The translations under genes were made by a program, and so were the position numbers. Of a stretch of DNA of 64,000 nt, positions 8,218 to 15,962 are shown in pieces. How positions within the stretch are numbered: the stretch's first letter is position 1; the number at the start of each line of letters is the position of its first letter. Below the pieces are notes generated by a model. That model did no database searches, was not told where the DNA came from, and worked only from the letters and a program-made list of their open reading frames with translations. Source of the DNA: Planctomycetota bacterium (GTDB lineage Bacteria > Planctomycetota > UBA1135); assembly GCA_049609225.1 (NCBI GenBank), contig JBMYYH010000001.1, forward strand, positions 6,352-70,351. Reading direction: 5' to 3'.

Positions 8218-10092
8218 ATGGATCTAACAACCGTCCTCCTACTTACAGCAGTTTTTACCCCACCCCAGAATTCCGATCAGACTGTTCCGCAGCACGAGAA
8301 ATTCCTGGAAGCCGAGCTGCACCACCTTATTGAAAACGCTCCTCTGAATGAGCGGATTCACGTCGACCTGGTTTTCCGCACGCAGCCAGACTTTGCTGCC
8401 ATGAAGCAGGAGCTCGGCGCGATGGACCCGAAGAAGCTGCCGATGGCACTTCGCACGCGCGCCCTCGAGATCGCGCTTCCGGAACAAGCGGAAGCCATGA
8501 CCCTGCTGGTGCAATATCAGAAAGATGGTCTTGCCGATCAGGTCAAGCCACTGTGGCTGACCAACGTCATCGGCGTCAACACCACGGCGGATGTGATCCT
8601 GGAGCTCGCGGCTCTGGAAGACGTCGCCTATGTGCACTATGACCCGCCGCGTGAAGGCACCTTGCTCTCCACCACTACCGGCACCCCGACTTGCGACCAG
8701 GATCGCATCAACTCGCCTTGGGCTTGGAAGCACATGAATGCCATCGGCCAAGACATGGTCGTTGCGGTCATCGACACGGGTACGTGCTACACCCACCCCG
8801 ACTTGGCCAACAACATCTGGGTGAACCCCGGCGAAGACCTCGGCGGGGATGGCATCGTTTGGGATGCCAACGACATGAACGGCATCGATGACGATGGCAA
8901 TGGTCATGTCGACGACCTCATCGGTTGGGCTTTCGACCACAACACCACCACGCCGAATGATCCGATGGACCACGGCAGCCATGGTTCCCACACTTCGGGT
9001 ACCGTCGCTGGTGATGGCACCGGTGGCACGCAAACGGGTGTCGCTCCCGGCGCCAAGATCATGCCCCTGCGCAACTCCACGCTGATCACGCATGAGATCG
9101 AAGTGTGGCAGTGCATGCAGTACGCCATGATGATGGATGCCGACGTCATCTCCATGAGCCTCGGTTGGATTTCTTCTTGGTCCCCGGATCGCGCCATGTG
9201 GCGTTCCAACTGCGACAACGTCCAGGCTGCAGGAACCATCATGGTGATTGCTGCGGGTAACGAGGCCGGTTGGACCACGACCGAGAACATCCGGACTCCA
9301 GGCGATGTGCCTGATGTCACCACCGTCGGTGCGACCAACTGCAGCGACGTCCTGGCCAGCTTCAGCTCGATCGGTCCGACCGAATGGGCAAGCGTCGCGG
9401 GATACAACGACTTCCCCTATCCTCCGGGATTGATCAAGCCGGACATCAGTGCTCCTGGCTCGAACACCAAGTCGACCTTCATTTGCAGTGGTTACACCAG
9501 CATGTCGGGAACCTCGATGGCAACGCCTCACGTCGCAGGTGCTGCAGCAGTGCTGCGCTCCTTGCGTCCGGACATGGATGTGGCCGAAGTGAAGGCTGCT
9601 TTGATGGCCACGAGTCGTGACCTTGGTCCGGCAGGCATGGACAATGACTTCGGTGCTGGGCGTCTCGACGTCCGCGCCCTGGTCGCAACCTATGCTCCAC
9701 TGCGCGCCGATGTGTACGCCGTCAGCCAAAGCGCCGGTGGCACCATCAACCTCACTCTTGAGGCGACCGCCGCACGCGCCGGTCAGGATTACTGGGTGCT
9801 GGCTTCCGCTTCCGGAAACACTCCTGGCGTGAGCTACCTCGGTGGCGTGACCATTCCGCTGAACCCGGACATCGCGCACAACCAGTCGATCGCACTGGCG
9901 AATACCGCGACCTTCACCAACAGCAATGGCGTACTCGATGGCGCCGGCAACGGCAGCTGCACCATCAATGTCGCTGCAGGTTCCCTGCCGACGAGCTTCA
10001 TCGGACGCACGCTGTCGTTCGCCTACGGAACTCTTTCCGGTGGCACCGTGGTCTACGCTTCCAACCCGGTCAACATCGACATCCTGCCGTAG
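8218..10092 (+). CDS. secreted subtilisin-like serine protease (peptidase S8) with C-terminal beta-rich domain
   Basis: Catalytic triad motifs VAVIDTGTCYTHPDL (Asp), HGSHTSGTVAG (His) and SGTSMATPHVAGAAA (Ser). C-terminal ~125 aa are the recurrent CTD described in findings. Confidence 0.9.
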   Translation: MDLTTVLLLTAVFTPPQNSDQTVPQHEKFLEAELHHLIENAPLNERIHVDLVFRTQPDFAAMKQELGAMDPKKLPMALRTRALEIALPEQAEAMTLLVQYQKDGLADQVKPLWLTNVIGVNTTADVILELAALEDVAYVHYDPPREGTLLSTTTGTPTCDQDRINSPWAWKHMNAIGQDMVVAVIDTGTCYTHPDLANNIWVNPGEDLGGDGIVWDANDMNGIDDDGNGHVDDLIGWAFDHNTTTPNDPMDHGSHGSHTSGTVAGDGTGGTQTGVAPGAKIMPLRNSTLITHEIEVWQCMQYAMMMDADVISMSLGWISSWSPDRAMWRSNCDNVQAAGTIMVIAAGNEAGWTTTENIRTPGDVPDVTTVGATNCSDVLASFSSIGPTEWASVAGYNDFPYPPGLIKPDISAPGSNTKSTFICSGYTSMSGTSMATPHVAGAAAVLRSLRPDMDVAEVKAALMATSRDLGPAGMDNDFGAGRLDVRALVATYAPLRADVYAVSQSAGGTINLTLEATAARAGQDYWVLASASGNTPGVSYLGGVTIPLNPDIAHNQSIALANTATFTNSNGVLDGAGNGSCTINVAAGSLPTSFIGRTLSFAYGTLSGGTVVYASNPVNIDILP

Positions 10093-10106
10093 TACAAGGT
10101 TCCCCC

Positions 10107-12824
10107 TTACGACCCGTCGCCTTGAGGCGGCGGGTCGTTTTTCAATGCGTGGATATGGACATCCCGCTGAGGGAATGCGATCACAATACCTAGTTTGCGG
10201 AAGGCATCATCGATGGCCTCATGGAGCCGATCGACAATTTCGGCCCAGTATTCCCGATTCCCGATGAATACCCTCAATTGGAAGTCTAGGCTGCTTTCCC
10301 CGAATCCTCGGAAGATCGCGACGGGCTCAGGGTCTCCCAGTACGAGGGGTTCTTCGCGGGCGCATTCAAGGAGGGCTCGCCTTACGGAATCGGTGTCGGA
10401 CCCATATGCGATCCCGACGGGAACGATGATTCGAGTTACAGGATCGGTCAGGGTCCAATTGATCACACGTTGGGTAATGAACTCTTTGTTGGGGACCAGC
10501 ATTTCCCGGCGATCATAATCCTGGATAGTGGTGGCCCTCATACGCAGCTGCATGACCTTCCCCTCCGAATCTCCTACGGTCACGATATCTCCTACGCGTA
10601 TCGGGCGCTCGAAGAGGATAATAAGCCCCGAAACGAAGTTCGCAAAAATCTCCTGGAGGCCGAAGGCCAAGCCGAAAGTGAGAGCGGCGGCCAACCACTG
10701 CAACTGATTCCAGCCGACCCCGATGACATGGAAGGTGGAGCCAAGGCCTACCAGCAGGACAAAGTAACGAATCAAGGTTGTGGCGGCGTAGCGTGTTCCG
10801 CCATCAAGGGGGAGTCGTTGAAGAAGCGTCAACTCGAGCAGGGCCGGCAGGTTCCTTGCGAAAAGTAAAGTCACTATTAGCGCCACTGCCGCCAGCAGAA
10901 TCTCACCAAGACTCAGGGGGTTGGCCGCCGCAGCTGTCGAAGCCATGGCTACTTCACCCTCCGTCAAACCATCTCGGGCAAGCAACGGCAGGGAGACGCG
11001 GTCGCTCCTTTCGGAGGAAGGAGCACCCTCCTCGGCCACTTGATTGGCCGCACCGCCGAATGTCGGCCACACCTCGAAATCGTTTAGGTTACTCAGGGCT
11101 GGGAATATGCCTCGCCAAAGGAGGAAAAGGCCTATGATCGTGGTTAAGGTCAGCGCGCTTCGGAACAACCGCCTAGTTTGGGCATCGACAGTCGGGATAT
11201 CCACATGATCCATCTCCTGCGAGGCAAAATCGCCACTGACACCTAGTTCGGATCTCTCATCGGCGGAGGCACGTGCGGCTCTCGCTTCCAAGGCCTGGGC
11301 AAGGGCAAGTTGCCGCCGTGCGACGGCCAACCATCGATACAACAGCCCCTGGACCAGGAGAAGGACCGCCATCAACAGGAAGGTGGAGGCGAAAAGGACC
11401 AGGAATCGCTCGACCGTGAAGACGAAACCGAGGAAAGCCGCAACGCATAAAGCAAGTGGTACCCCTACACCCAATACACGCCAAAGCGGCCGCCATCTAA
11501 GGGTTATGGTGGTCTCCGATTGGGCAGGATCCTTTGCCGGGAACGCCCGCAAGACACGAAAAGTGAACAACGCAAGGGCCGTAAAAATGATCATGCATCC
11601 GAGCCTCCCCAATGTTTCACTCAGTGATCCCGCTTGCGCCGGGAAAGCGATGAGCATCCCTGCGAGCCAAACCGGCTCCGACCAACGCATCTCCGCGATA
11701 AGGCGCCCGCTCGTTCCCGGATGCCAATGGAAGTGTATGGGGACGAGGCCGGCTGGCTCCAGTGCCCGGGTGATCACCCGGAAAAGAAGCCAAGCCTTGG
11801 CCACGGATTGAAGCTGTGCACCAATTGCCCAGGTGGTGGCATCTCCTGAATCCTGGACTATTCCACCAAATACCCAAAGGAATAAGGGCAGCGGTAGTGC
11901 CAAGCAAACAGCAGCCCCGAGTGCGAAAATAGTCTTGCGGAAGTGGTCCGTCCGGACATGGCGAATGCAGGCATTCCATTCCATTCGTTTCACGAGCAAA
12001 ACCTTCCTGCGAAGAACAAGGGCGGTTGCGAAGGCGACGCCGAAAAGCCAGGCGAAGCGCCGGCCAGGTGTTGATTCCGACCAGGCCCTGCTGACACTAA
12101 ACTCCGCAAAGGACCGGATTATCCGTAAGGAGTCCGTGCCAATTGCGGCGAACCACTCGGCAACGGTTTGATTGGAACTGCGAATCCAAAGGACATTCTC
12201 GTCGATAAAGTTACGGTAATCCACGACTGCGAGCTCCAGTTCGCGGACCAACTCCAGGGATCTGGTCTTGACCGCAATCACCTTTTCGAGCTCCTCTAGT
12301 CTCTCCTTGGCGAGTCTATCCCGCATGCCGAATAGCTCCTCGAACCTGGATTCGGATTCCCCGCCGAAACTTCGCAGCAACGCCTCCGGCGAGCGGGCAT
12401 CCCCCAGGGATGCCGTCATCCAATCCACCAGGTCGTACCGAGCGATTTGTGTCGTGGCCAGGTCCATTTGAGCCTCAGACCTAAGGCGCCGTAAATCCAC
12501 GGCCTCAGGTAGCCATTCCGAATCTCGGCGAAGGATGCTACCGGTACTGGAAGACATACCGGCTGTCTCGACCCTCTTCATGGAAATAAGGAGGCGTCGC
12601 CTGACCTCCGCTAGCTGCCTCCGGATCCTGGCCTGCTCCTGCTCCGCGATGCGTAAGTGAGCTGGAGAGCCCATGGAAAACGTCTCCAGGCCTTGAAGAT
12701 AATCCACATCCGACTCAATGCCCTCGACGATGGCAGGTGGTTCCTGCTCTTGGGCGAAAGTAGGTGCGGCAATCTGCCCCTGCACCAACAGCAGGGTCAA
12801 GTAAACCATTCGGCGGGCGATCAT
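10107..12824 (-). CDS. large mechanosensitive channel, MscK/KefA-like (MscS family)
   Basis: C-terminal MscS core FANFVSGLIILFERPIRVGDIVTVG...VMQLRMRATTIQDYDRREMLVPNKEFITQRVINWT. Multiple upstream TM helices, and an N-terminal signal peptide plus coiled-coil region. Confidence 0.85.
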   Translation of the reverse strand: MIARRMVYLTLLLVQGQIAAPTFAQEQEPPAIVEGIESDVDYLQGLETFSMGSPAHLRIAEQEQARIRRQLAEVRRRLLISMKRVETAGMSSSTGSILRRDSEWLPEAVDLRRLRSEAQMDLATTQIARYDLVDWMTASLGDARSPEALLRSFGGESESRFEELFGMRDRLAKERLEELEKVIAVKTRSLELVRELELAVVDYRNFIDENVLWIRSSNQTVAEWFAAIGTDSLRIIRSFAEFSVSRAWSESTPGRRFAWLFGVAFATALVLRRKVLLVKRMEWNACIRHVRTDHFRKTIFALGAAVCLALPLPLFLWVFGGIVQDSGDATTWAIGAQLQSVAKAWLLFRVITRALEPAGLVPIHFHWHPGTSGRLIAEMRWSEPVWLAGMLIAFPAQAGSLSETLGRLGCMIIFTALALFTFRVLRAFPAKDPAQSETTITLRWRPLWRVLGVGVPLALCVAAFLGFVFTVERFLVLFASTFLLMAVLLLVQGLLYRWLAVARRQLALAQALEARAARASADERSELGVSGDFASQEMDHVDIPTVDAQTRRLFRSALTLTTIIGLFLLWRGIFPALSNLNDFEVWPTFGGAANQVAEEGAPSSERSDRVSLPLLARDGLTEGEVAMASTAAAANPLSLGEILLAAVALIVTLLFARNLPALLELTLLQRLPLDGGTRYAATTLIRYFVLLVGLGSTFHVIGVGWNQLQWLAAALTFGLAFGLQEIFANFVSGLIILFERPIRVGDIVTVGDSEGKVMQLRMRATTIQDYDRREMLVPNKEFITQRVINWTLTDPVTRIIVPVGIAYGSDTDSVRRALLECAREEPLVLGDPEPVAIFRGFGESSLDFQLRVFIGNREYWAEIVDRLHEAIDDAFRKLGIVIAFPQRDVHIHALKNDPPPQGDGS
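10110..10142 (+). terminator. intrinsic terminator candidate for the S8 protease gene
   Basis: A 12-bp stem (cgacccgtcgcc / ggcggcgggtcg, one G-U pair) with loop ttga, followed by ttttt. Starts 18 nt after the S8 stop and lies inside the last codons of the convergent channel gene. Confidence 0.5.
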
Positions 12825-13924
12825 GACTTTCTACCTAACCAACCCAGTTTGCGGAAAAGGGCAAGTAATCCGACGACCAGGACCACATTGACCACCCAGA
12901 ACGCCAAGTATCCGAACCGCCAATGGAGTTCCGGTAAGTTCCAGGGCTCCGTCGTATCAAAGTTCATCCCGTAGATTCCCGCGATGAAGGTCAGTGGGAT
13001 GAAAATCGTACTGACAATGGTGAGGACCTTCATGACCTCATTGGTCCGTTGCCCGACCAGGTTCAAATGGGCGTCCACTAGACTTGCAGCCAGGTCACGG
13101 TAACTCTCAATTACCTCCAAGGTCTGGGTCAAGTGGTCGAGGGTGTCTCTGAGATGTAACTGGTGCTGTTCCCGAACCGGGGAATCGCCTGATTTCGATA
13201 GGGAGTGCAGGACCTCGCGCATTGGCCAGGCCGAACGACGGAACAGCGCCAGGTCACGCCGGATCCCATAGATCTCCGACAGCACCTCATGATCCTGGCC
13301 ATCAAGGACACGATCCTCAAGGTCATCAAGGCGGTCCCCATACTCTTCAAGGATCGGGAAGTACCCATCAACGACGGCGTCCAGGATCATGATGGCAAGG
13401 TAATCCGCACCGCCAGACCTGATTGCCACCCGTCCTCGATGGAGGCGGTCTCGGATACCCGATAACCCAGTGAGGCCAGGCTCATGCACCGTGAGGAGAA
13501 GGCCTTCCCGAAGGAATAGACTGACCTGGGTCCACTCCAGATGCCCTTCTTCATCCAGGAGGAAGGCCCGCAGTGCCAGGAAATGGAAATCCTCATAAGG
13601 CTCCACCTTTGGCCGCTGACCGATGTTCTGCGCATCTGCAAGAGCCAATGGATGAAACTCGAGACGCTCACATAACTCCGCCAGAGCAGTGCCGTCTCCA
13701 AGCCCTTCGACATCGATCCATTGAACCCATTCCGGTTCCAGTGGATATTGAAGCCCAGTGACCACACATTGATCATCCTCTCGGAGCTCCGTGGAGTGGT
13801 ACTCCATGATCCGGACGACGCTCGACTTGGAGGGCTCAAGTCCATCGGTGACCAGGTTTCCAGGAGGCGCTCCAGGCTTCGTGAAGGCGCGACGGAATAG
13901 CTTCGAATTTTTCCTATTTGCCAC
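12821..13924 (-). CDS. corA: magnesium/cobalt transporter CorA
   Basis: 367 aa with two C-terminal TM helices and the signature YGMNF (IAGIYGMNFD). Its stop overlaps the next start (ATGA at 12821-12824). Confidence 0.9.
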   Translation of the reverse strand: MANRKNSKLFRRAFTKPGAPPGNLVTDGLEPSKSSVVRIMEYHSTELREDDQCVVTGLQYPLEPEWVQWIDVEGLGDGTALAELCERLEFHPLALADAQNIGQRPKVEPYEDFHFLALRAFLLDEEGHLEWTQVSLFLREGLLLTVHEPGLTGLSGIRDRLHRGRVAIRSGGADYLAIMILDAVVDGYFPILEEYGDRLDDLEDRVLDGQDHEVLSEIYGIRRDLALFRRSAWPMREVLHSLSKSGDSPVREQHQLHLRDTLDHLTQTLEVIESYRDLAASLVDAHLNLVGQRTNEVMKVLTIVSTIFIPLTFIAGIYGMNFDTTEPWNLPELHWRFGYLAFWVVNVVLVVGLLALFRKLGWLGRKS

Positions 13925-14363
13925 CTGCCATCACCTCCAGCAATAACGCGGCTTGACCTCCGGGATCATCGGCTGCCATGGCGTGCTCGATAATTCCATC
14001 GGGACCGATCACGAATGTGTAACGCTGTGCATATTGGTCCCGCACATCCTTCACGGCACCGAAAGCGAGACATACGGAGCGGCTCTCGTCCGAAAGCAGC
14101 TGAAAAGGAAAGTCGAACTTGTTGCGGAATGCCGCATTCTCGGTGACAGCATCCACCGATACGCCGAAGACGAGGATGCCACGCTCCTCGAAATCCTGGA
14201 TTCGATCACGGAACCCTTGGCCTTGCTTCGTTCAGCCTGGGGTGTCTGCTTTCGGGAAGAACCACAGGACCGCCCGACGTCCGCGAAGATCCCCTGCGGT
14301 GACAGGGAATCTATTGCAGTCGAGGGCGGAGAAGTCAGGACAGGGAGAACCGGGGTTCAGCAT
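13914..14363 (-). CDS. bcp: Bcp-type peroxiredoxin with in-frame TGA (candidate selenocysteine) at the peroxidatic position
   Basis: Track ORFs 14232-14453(-) and 13914-14156(-) are in the same frame. Read-through gives MLNPGSPCPDFSAL...VLWFFPKADTPG[TGA]TKQGQGFRDRIQDFEERGILVFGVSVD..., aligning with the FYPKxxTPGCT motif. TGA at 14232-14234. Start ATG at 14363 chosen by alignment logic. Confidence 0.75.
14198..14216 (-). promoter_or_regulatory. candidate bacterial SECIS hairpin downstream of the bcp TGA
   Basis: The mRNA GGGUUC-CGUGAUC-GAAUCC forms a 6-bp stem (one G-U pair) with a 7-nt loop. It starts 16 nt after the UGA, and CC/GG pairing could extend the lower stem. Confidence 0.4.
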
Positions 14364-14406
14364 GGTCGGTGGGCCTTTAAGAAACCTGGAGAGGAAGGTG
14401 CGGAGC

Positions 14407-15069
14407 ATGGAAGCCTCGTCCCCTACGATAACGCCTGACATGCCGAAGCCCACCTTGCTCTACATCGCGGATCCCATGTGCAGCTGGTGCTGGGGATTCG
14501 CCCCGCAATTGCGGCGGATTCGCGAGGCCCTGCCGCATTTGCCGGTGCGGATCGTGCTTGGGGGCCTGGCGCCGGACACCGAGGAGCCCATGCCGTCGGA
14601 CATGCGCCGCTATGTGCAGCAGGCCTGGGACGCGGTGGAAACGACCGCAGGAGTCTCCTTCAATCGGGAGTTCTGGGATGGGCGGCATGCGGACATCCGG
14701 CGCTCCACCTACCCCGCTTGCCGCGCCGTAGTCCTGGCCCGCACGGAGGGCAAGGAGATGGCCATGTTCGATGCGATCCAACGCGCCTATTACCTCGAGG
14801 CGCGCAACCCGAGCCGTGCCGATGTCCTCGCGGACTGCGGCGAGGCCATCGGGTTGTCCTTGGGGCGGCAAACGTTCCTGGAATCCCTGCATGCATCGAC
14901 CACCCAATCCATGCTCGAGGCGGACCTGCAGTTGCGCGGTGCACTCGGCGCGAACACCTTTCCCAGCTTGGGGCTGATGGGTACGGGACTGCCCGAGCCA
15001 GGATTGGTCCTCCACCGCGGTTGGGGAACTGCGAAGGAGCTGGTGCCACGTCTCGAGGCGAGCCTCTAG
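14407..15069 (+). CDS. DsbA-family thiol:disulfide oxidoreductase-like protein
   Basis: Thioredoxin-fold motif LLYIADPMCSWCWGF (CxxC). Divergent from bcp. The long track ORF starting at 14119 was trimmed; start is 14407 or 14440. Confidence 0.8.
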   Translation: MEASSPTITPDMPKPTLLYIADPMCSWCWGFAPQLRRIREALPHLPVRIVLGGLAPDTEEPMPSDMRRYVQQAWDAVETTAGVSFNREFWDGRHADIRRSTYPACRAVVLARTEGKEMAMFDAIQRAYYLEARNPSRADVLADCGEAIGLSLGRQTFLESLHASTTQSMLEADLQLRGALGANTFPSLGLMGTGLPEPGLVLHRGWGTAKELVPRLEASL

Positions 15070-15078
15070 ACTGACGGC

Positions 15079-15534
15079 ATGGCCGTAAAAGCAGAGACCG
15101 TCCCCGCCTACCTCGACAGCCTCCCCGACGACCGCAAGGCCGCCATGAAGAAGCTGCGCACCGTGATCCGCAAGAACCTGCCGAAAGGGTTCAAGGAAGT
15201 CATCAACTACAACATGCCGTCGTGGGTCGTCCCGCATTCGAAATACCCGGATGGCTACCACTGCACTCCCGACCTGCCGCTGCCCTTCCTCGGCATGGCT
15301 TCGCAGAAGAACTTCATCGCGCTCTATCACATGGGCATCTACGCCGATGCCAAGCTGATGACCTGGTTCGAGAAGCAATGGCCCAAGCACATGAGCACCA
15401 AGCTCGATATGGGCAAGAGCTGCATCCGTTTCAAGAAGATCGAGACCATCCCCTACGATTTGATCGGCGAGCTGTTGGCGAAGATGTCGCCGGAGGCTTG
15501 GATCAAACTGTACGAGAAGAACGTCAAAGGTTGA
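15079..15534 (+). CDS. DUF1801 (YdhG-like) domain protein
   Basis: 151 aa. The pattern VPAYLDSLPDDRKAAMKKLRTVIRKNLP...FIALYHMGIY...CIRFKK resembles DUF1801-family proteins. Confidence 0.75.
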   Translation: MAVKAETVPAYLDSLPDDRKAAMKKLRTVIRKNLPKGFKEVINYNMPSWVVPHSKYPDGYHCTPDLPLPFLGMASQKNFIALYHMGIYADAKLMTWFEKQWPKHMSTKLDMGKSCIRFKKIETIPYDLIGELLAKMSPEAWIKLYEKNVKG

Positions 15535-15962
15535 TGCGGGATCCGGAACTGCTGCAGGAATTCGAGAGCGGCACGCTGGCTTTCGAGTTGTACCGGCAGC
15601 ATGTTTATCACGTGCGCATCGCCTACCTGCTGCTGCAACGGGATGGTTTCGAACTGGCGCTCCAGAACATGCGTCGATGCATCAAGGTGATGAACGAACG
15701 CAATGAAGTACCTGAGGGTCCGCGTTCGGGTTACAACGAGACCACGACGCATGCGCTGTTGTGGTTGATTCACGTCGTCATGCGGGGTCAAGGAGAGGCC
15801 TTTCCAGTTGCAGACAGCGCGGCGTTTTTCGACACGCATCCACAGTTGCACACCAAGCACATCCTGCGTTTGTTCTATTCGCCCGAGCGGCGGTTGGATC
15901 CACGGGCGAAGGCGGAGTTCCTGGAGCCGGACTTAGGTCCGTTGCCGCTGCTCAACGCCTGA
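15534..15962 (+). CDS. hypothetical protein
   Basis: ATG at 15534 overlaps the upstream stop (TGATG). 142 aa, MRDPELLQEFESGTLAFELYRQHVYHVRIAYLLLQ...; no family recognised. Confidence 0.5.
   Translation: MRDPELLQEFESGTLAFELYRQHVYHVRIAYLLLQRDGFELALQNMRRCIKVMNERNEVPEGPRSGYNETTTHALLWLIHVVMRGQGEAFPVADSAAFFDTHPQLHTKHILRLFYSPERRLDPRAKAEFLEPDLGPLPLLNA

Noticed and set aside
8239-9879. Very long antisense ORFs opposite real genes. Examples: 8239-9879(-) opposite the S8 protease, 43591-44958(-) opposite CCP2, 30912-32390(-) opposite the secretin, 3791-4915(-), 14377-15390(-) and 1931-2929(-).
   Set aside because: Their translations are Arg/Gly/His/Pro-rich with no motifs, while the opposite strand encodes proteins with clear catalytic signatures. 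These are typical shadow ORFs of high-GC DNA.
13914-14453. Interpreting the split peroxiredoxin as a simple nonsense-mutation pseudogene.
   Set aside because: The TGA falls exactly on the peroxidatic Cys codon, a hairpin follows at SECIS-like distance, and a second gene in the window shows the same arrangement. Pseudogene status remains the alternative if Sec machinery is absent.
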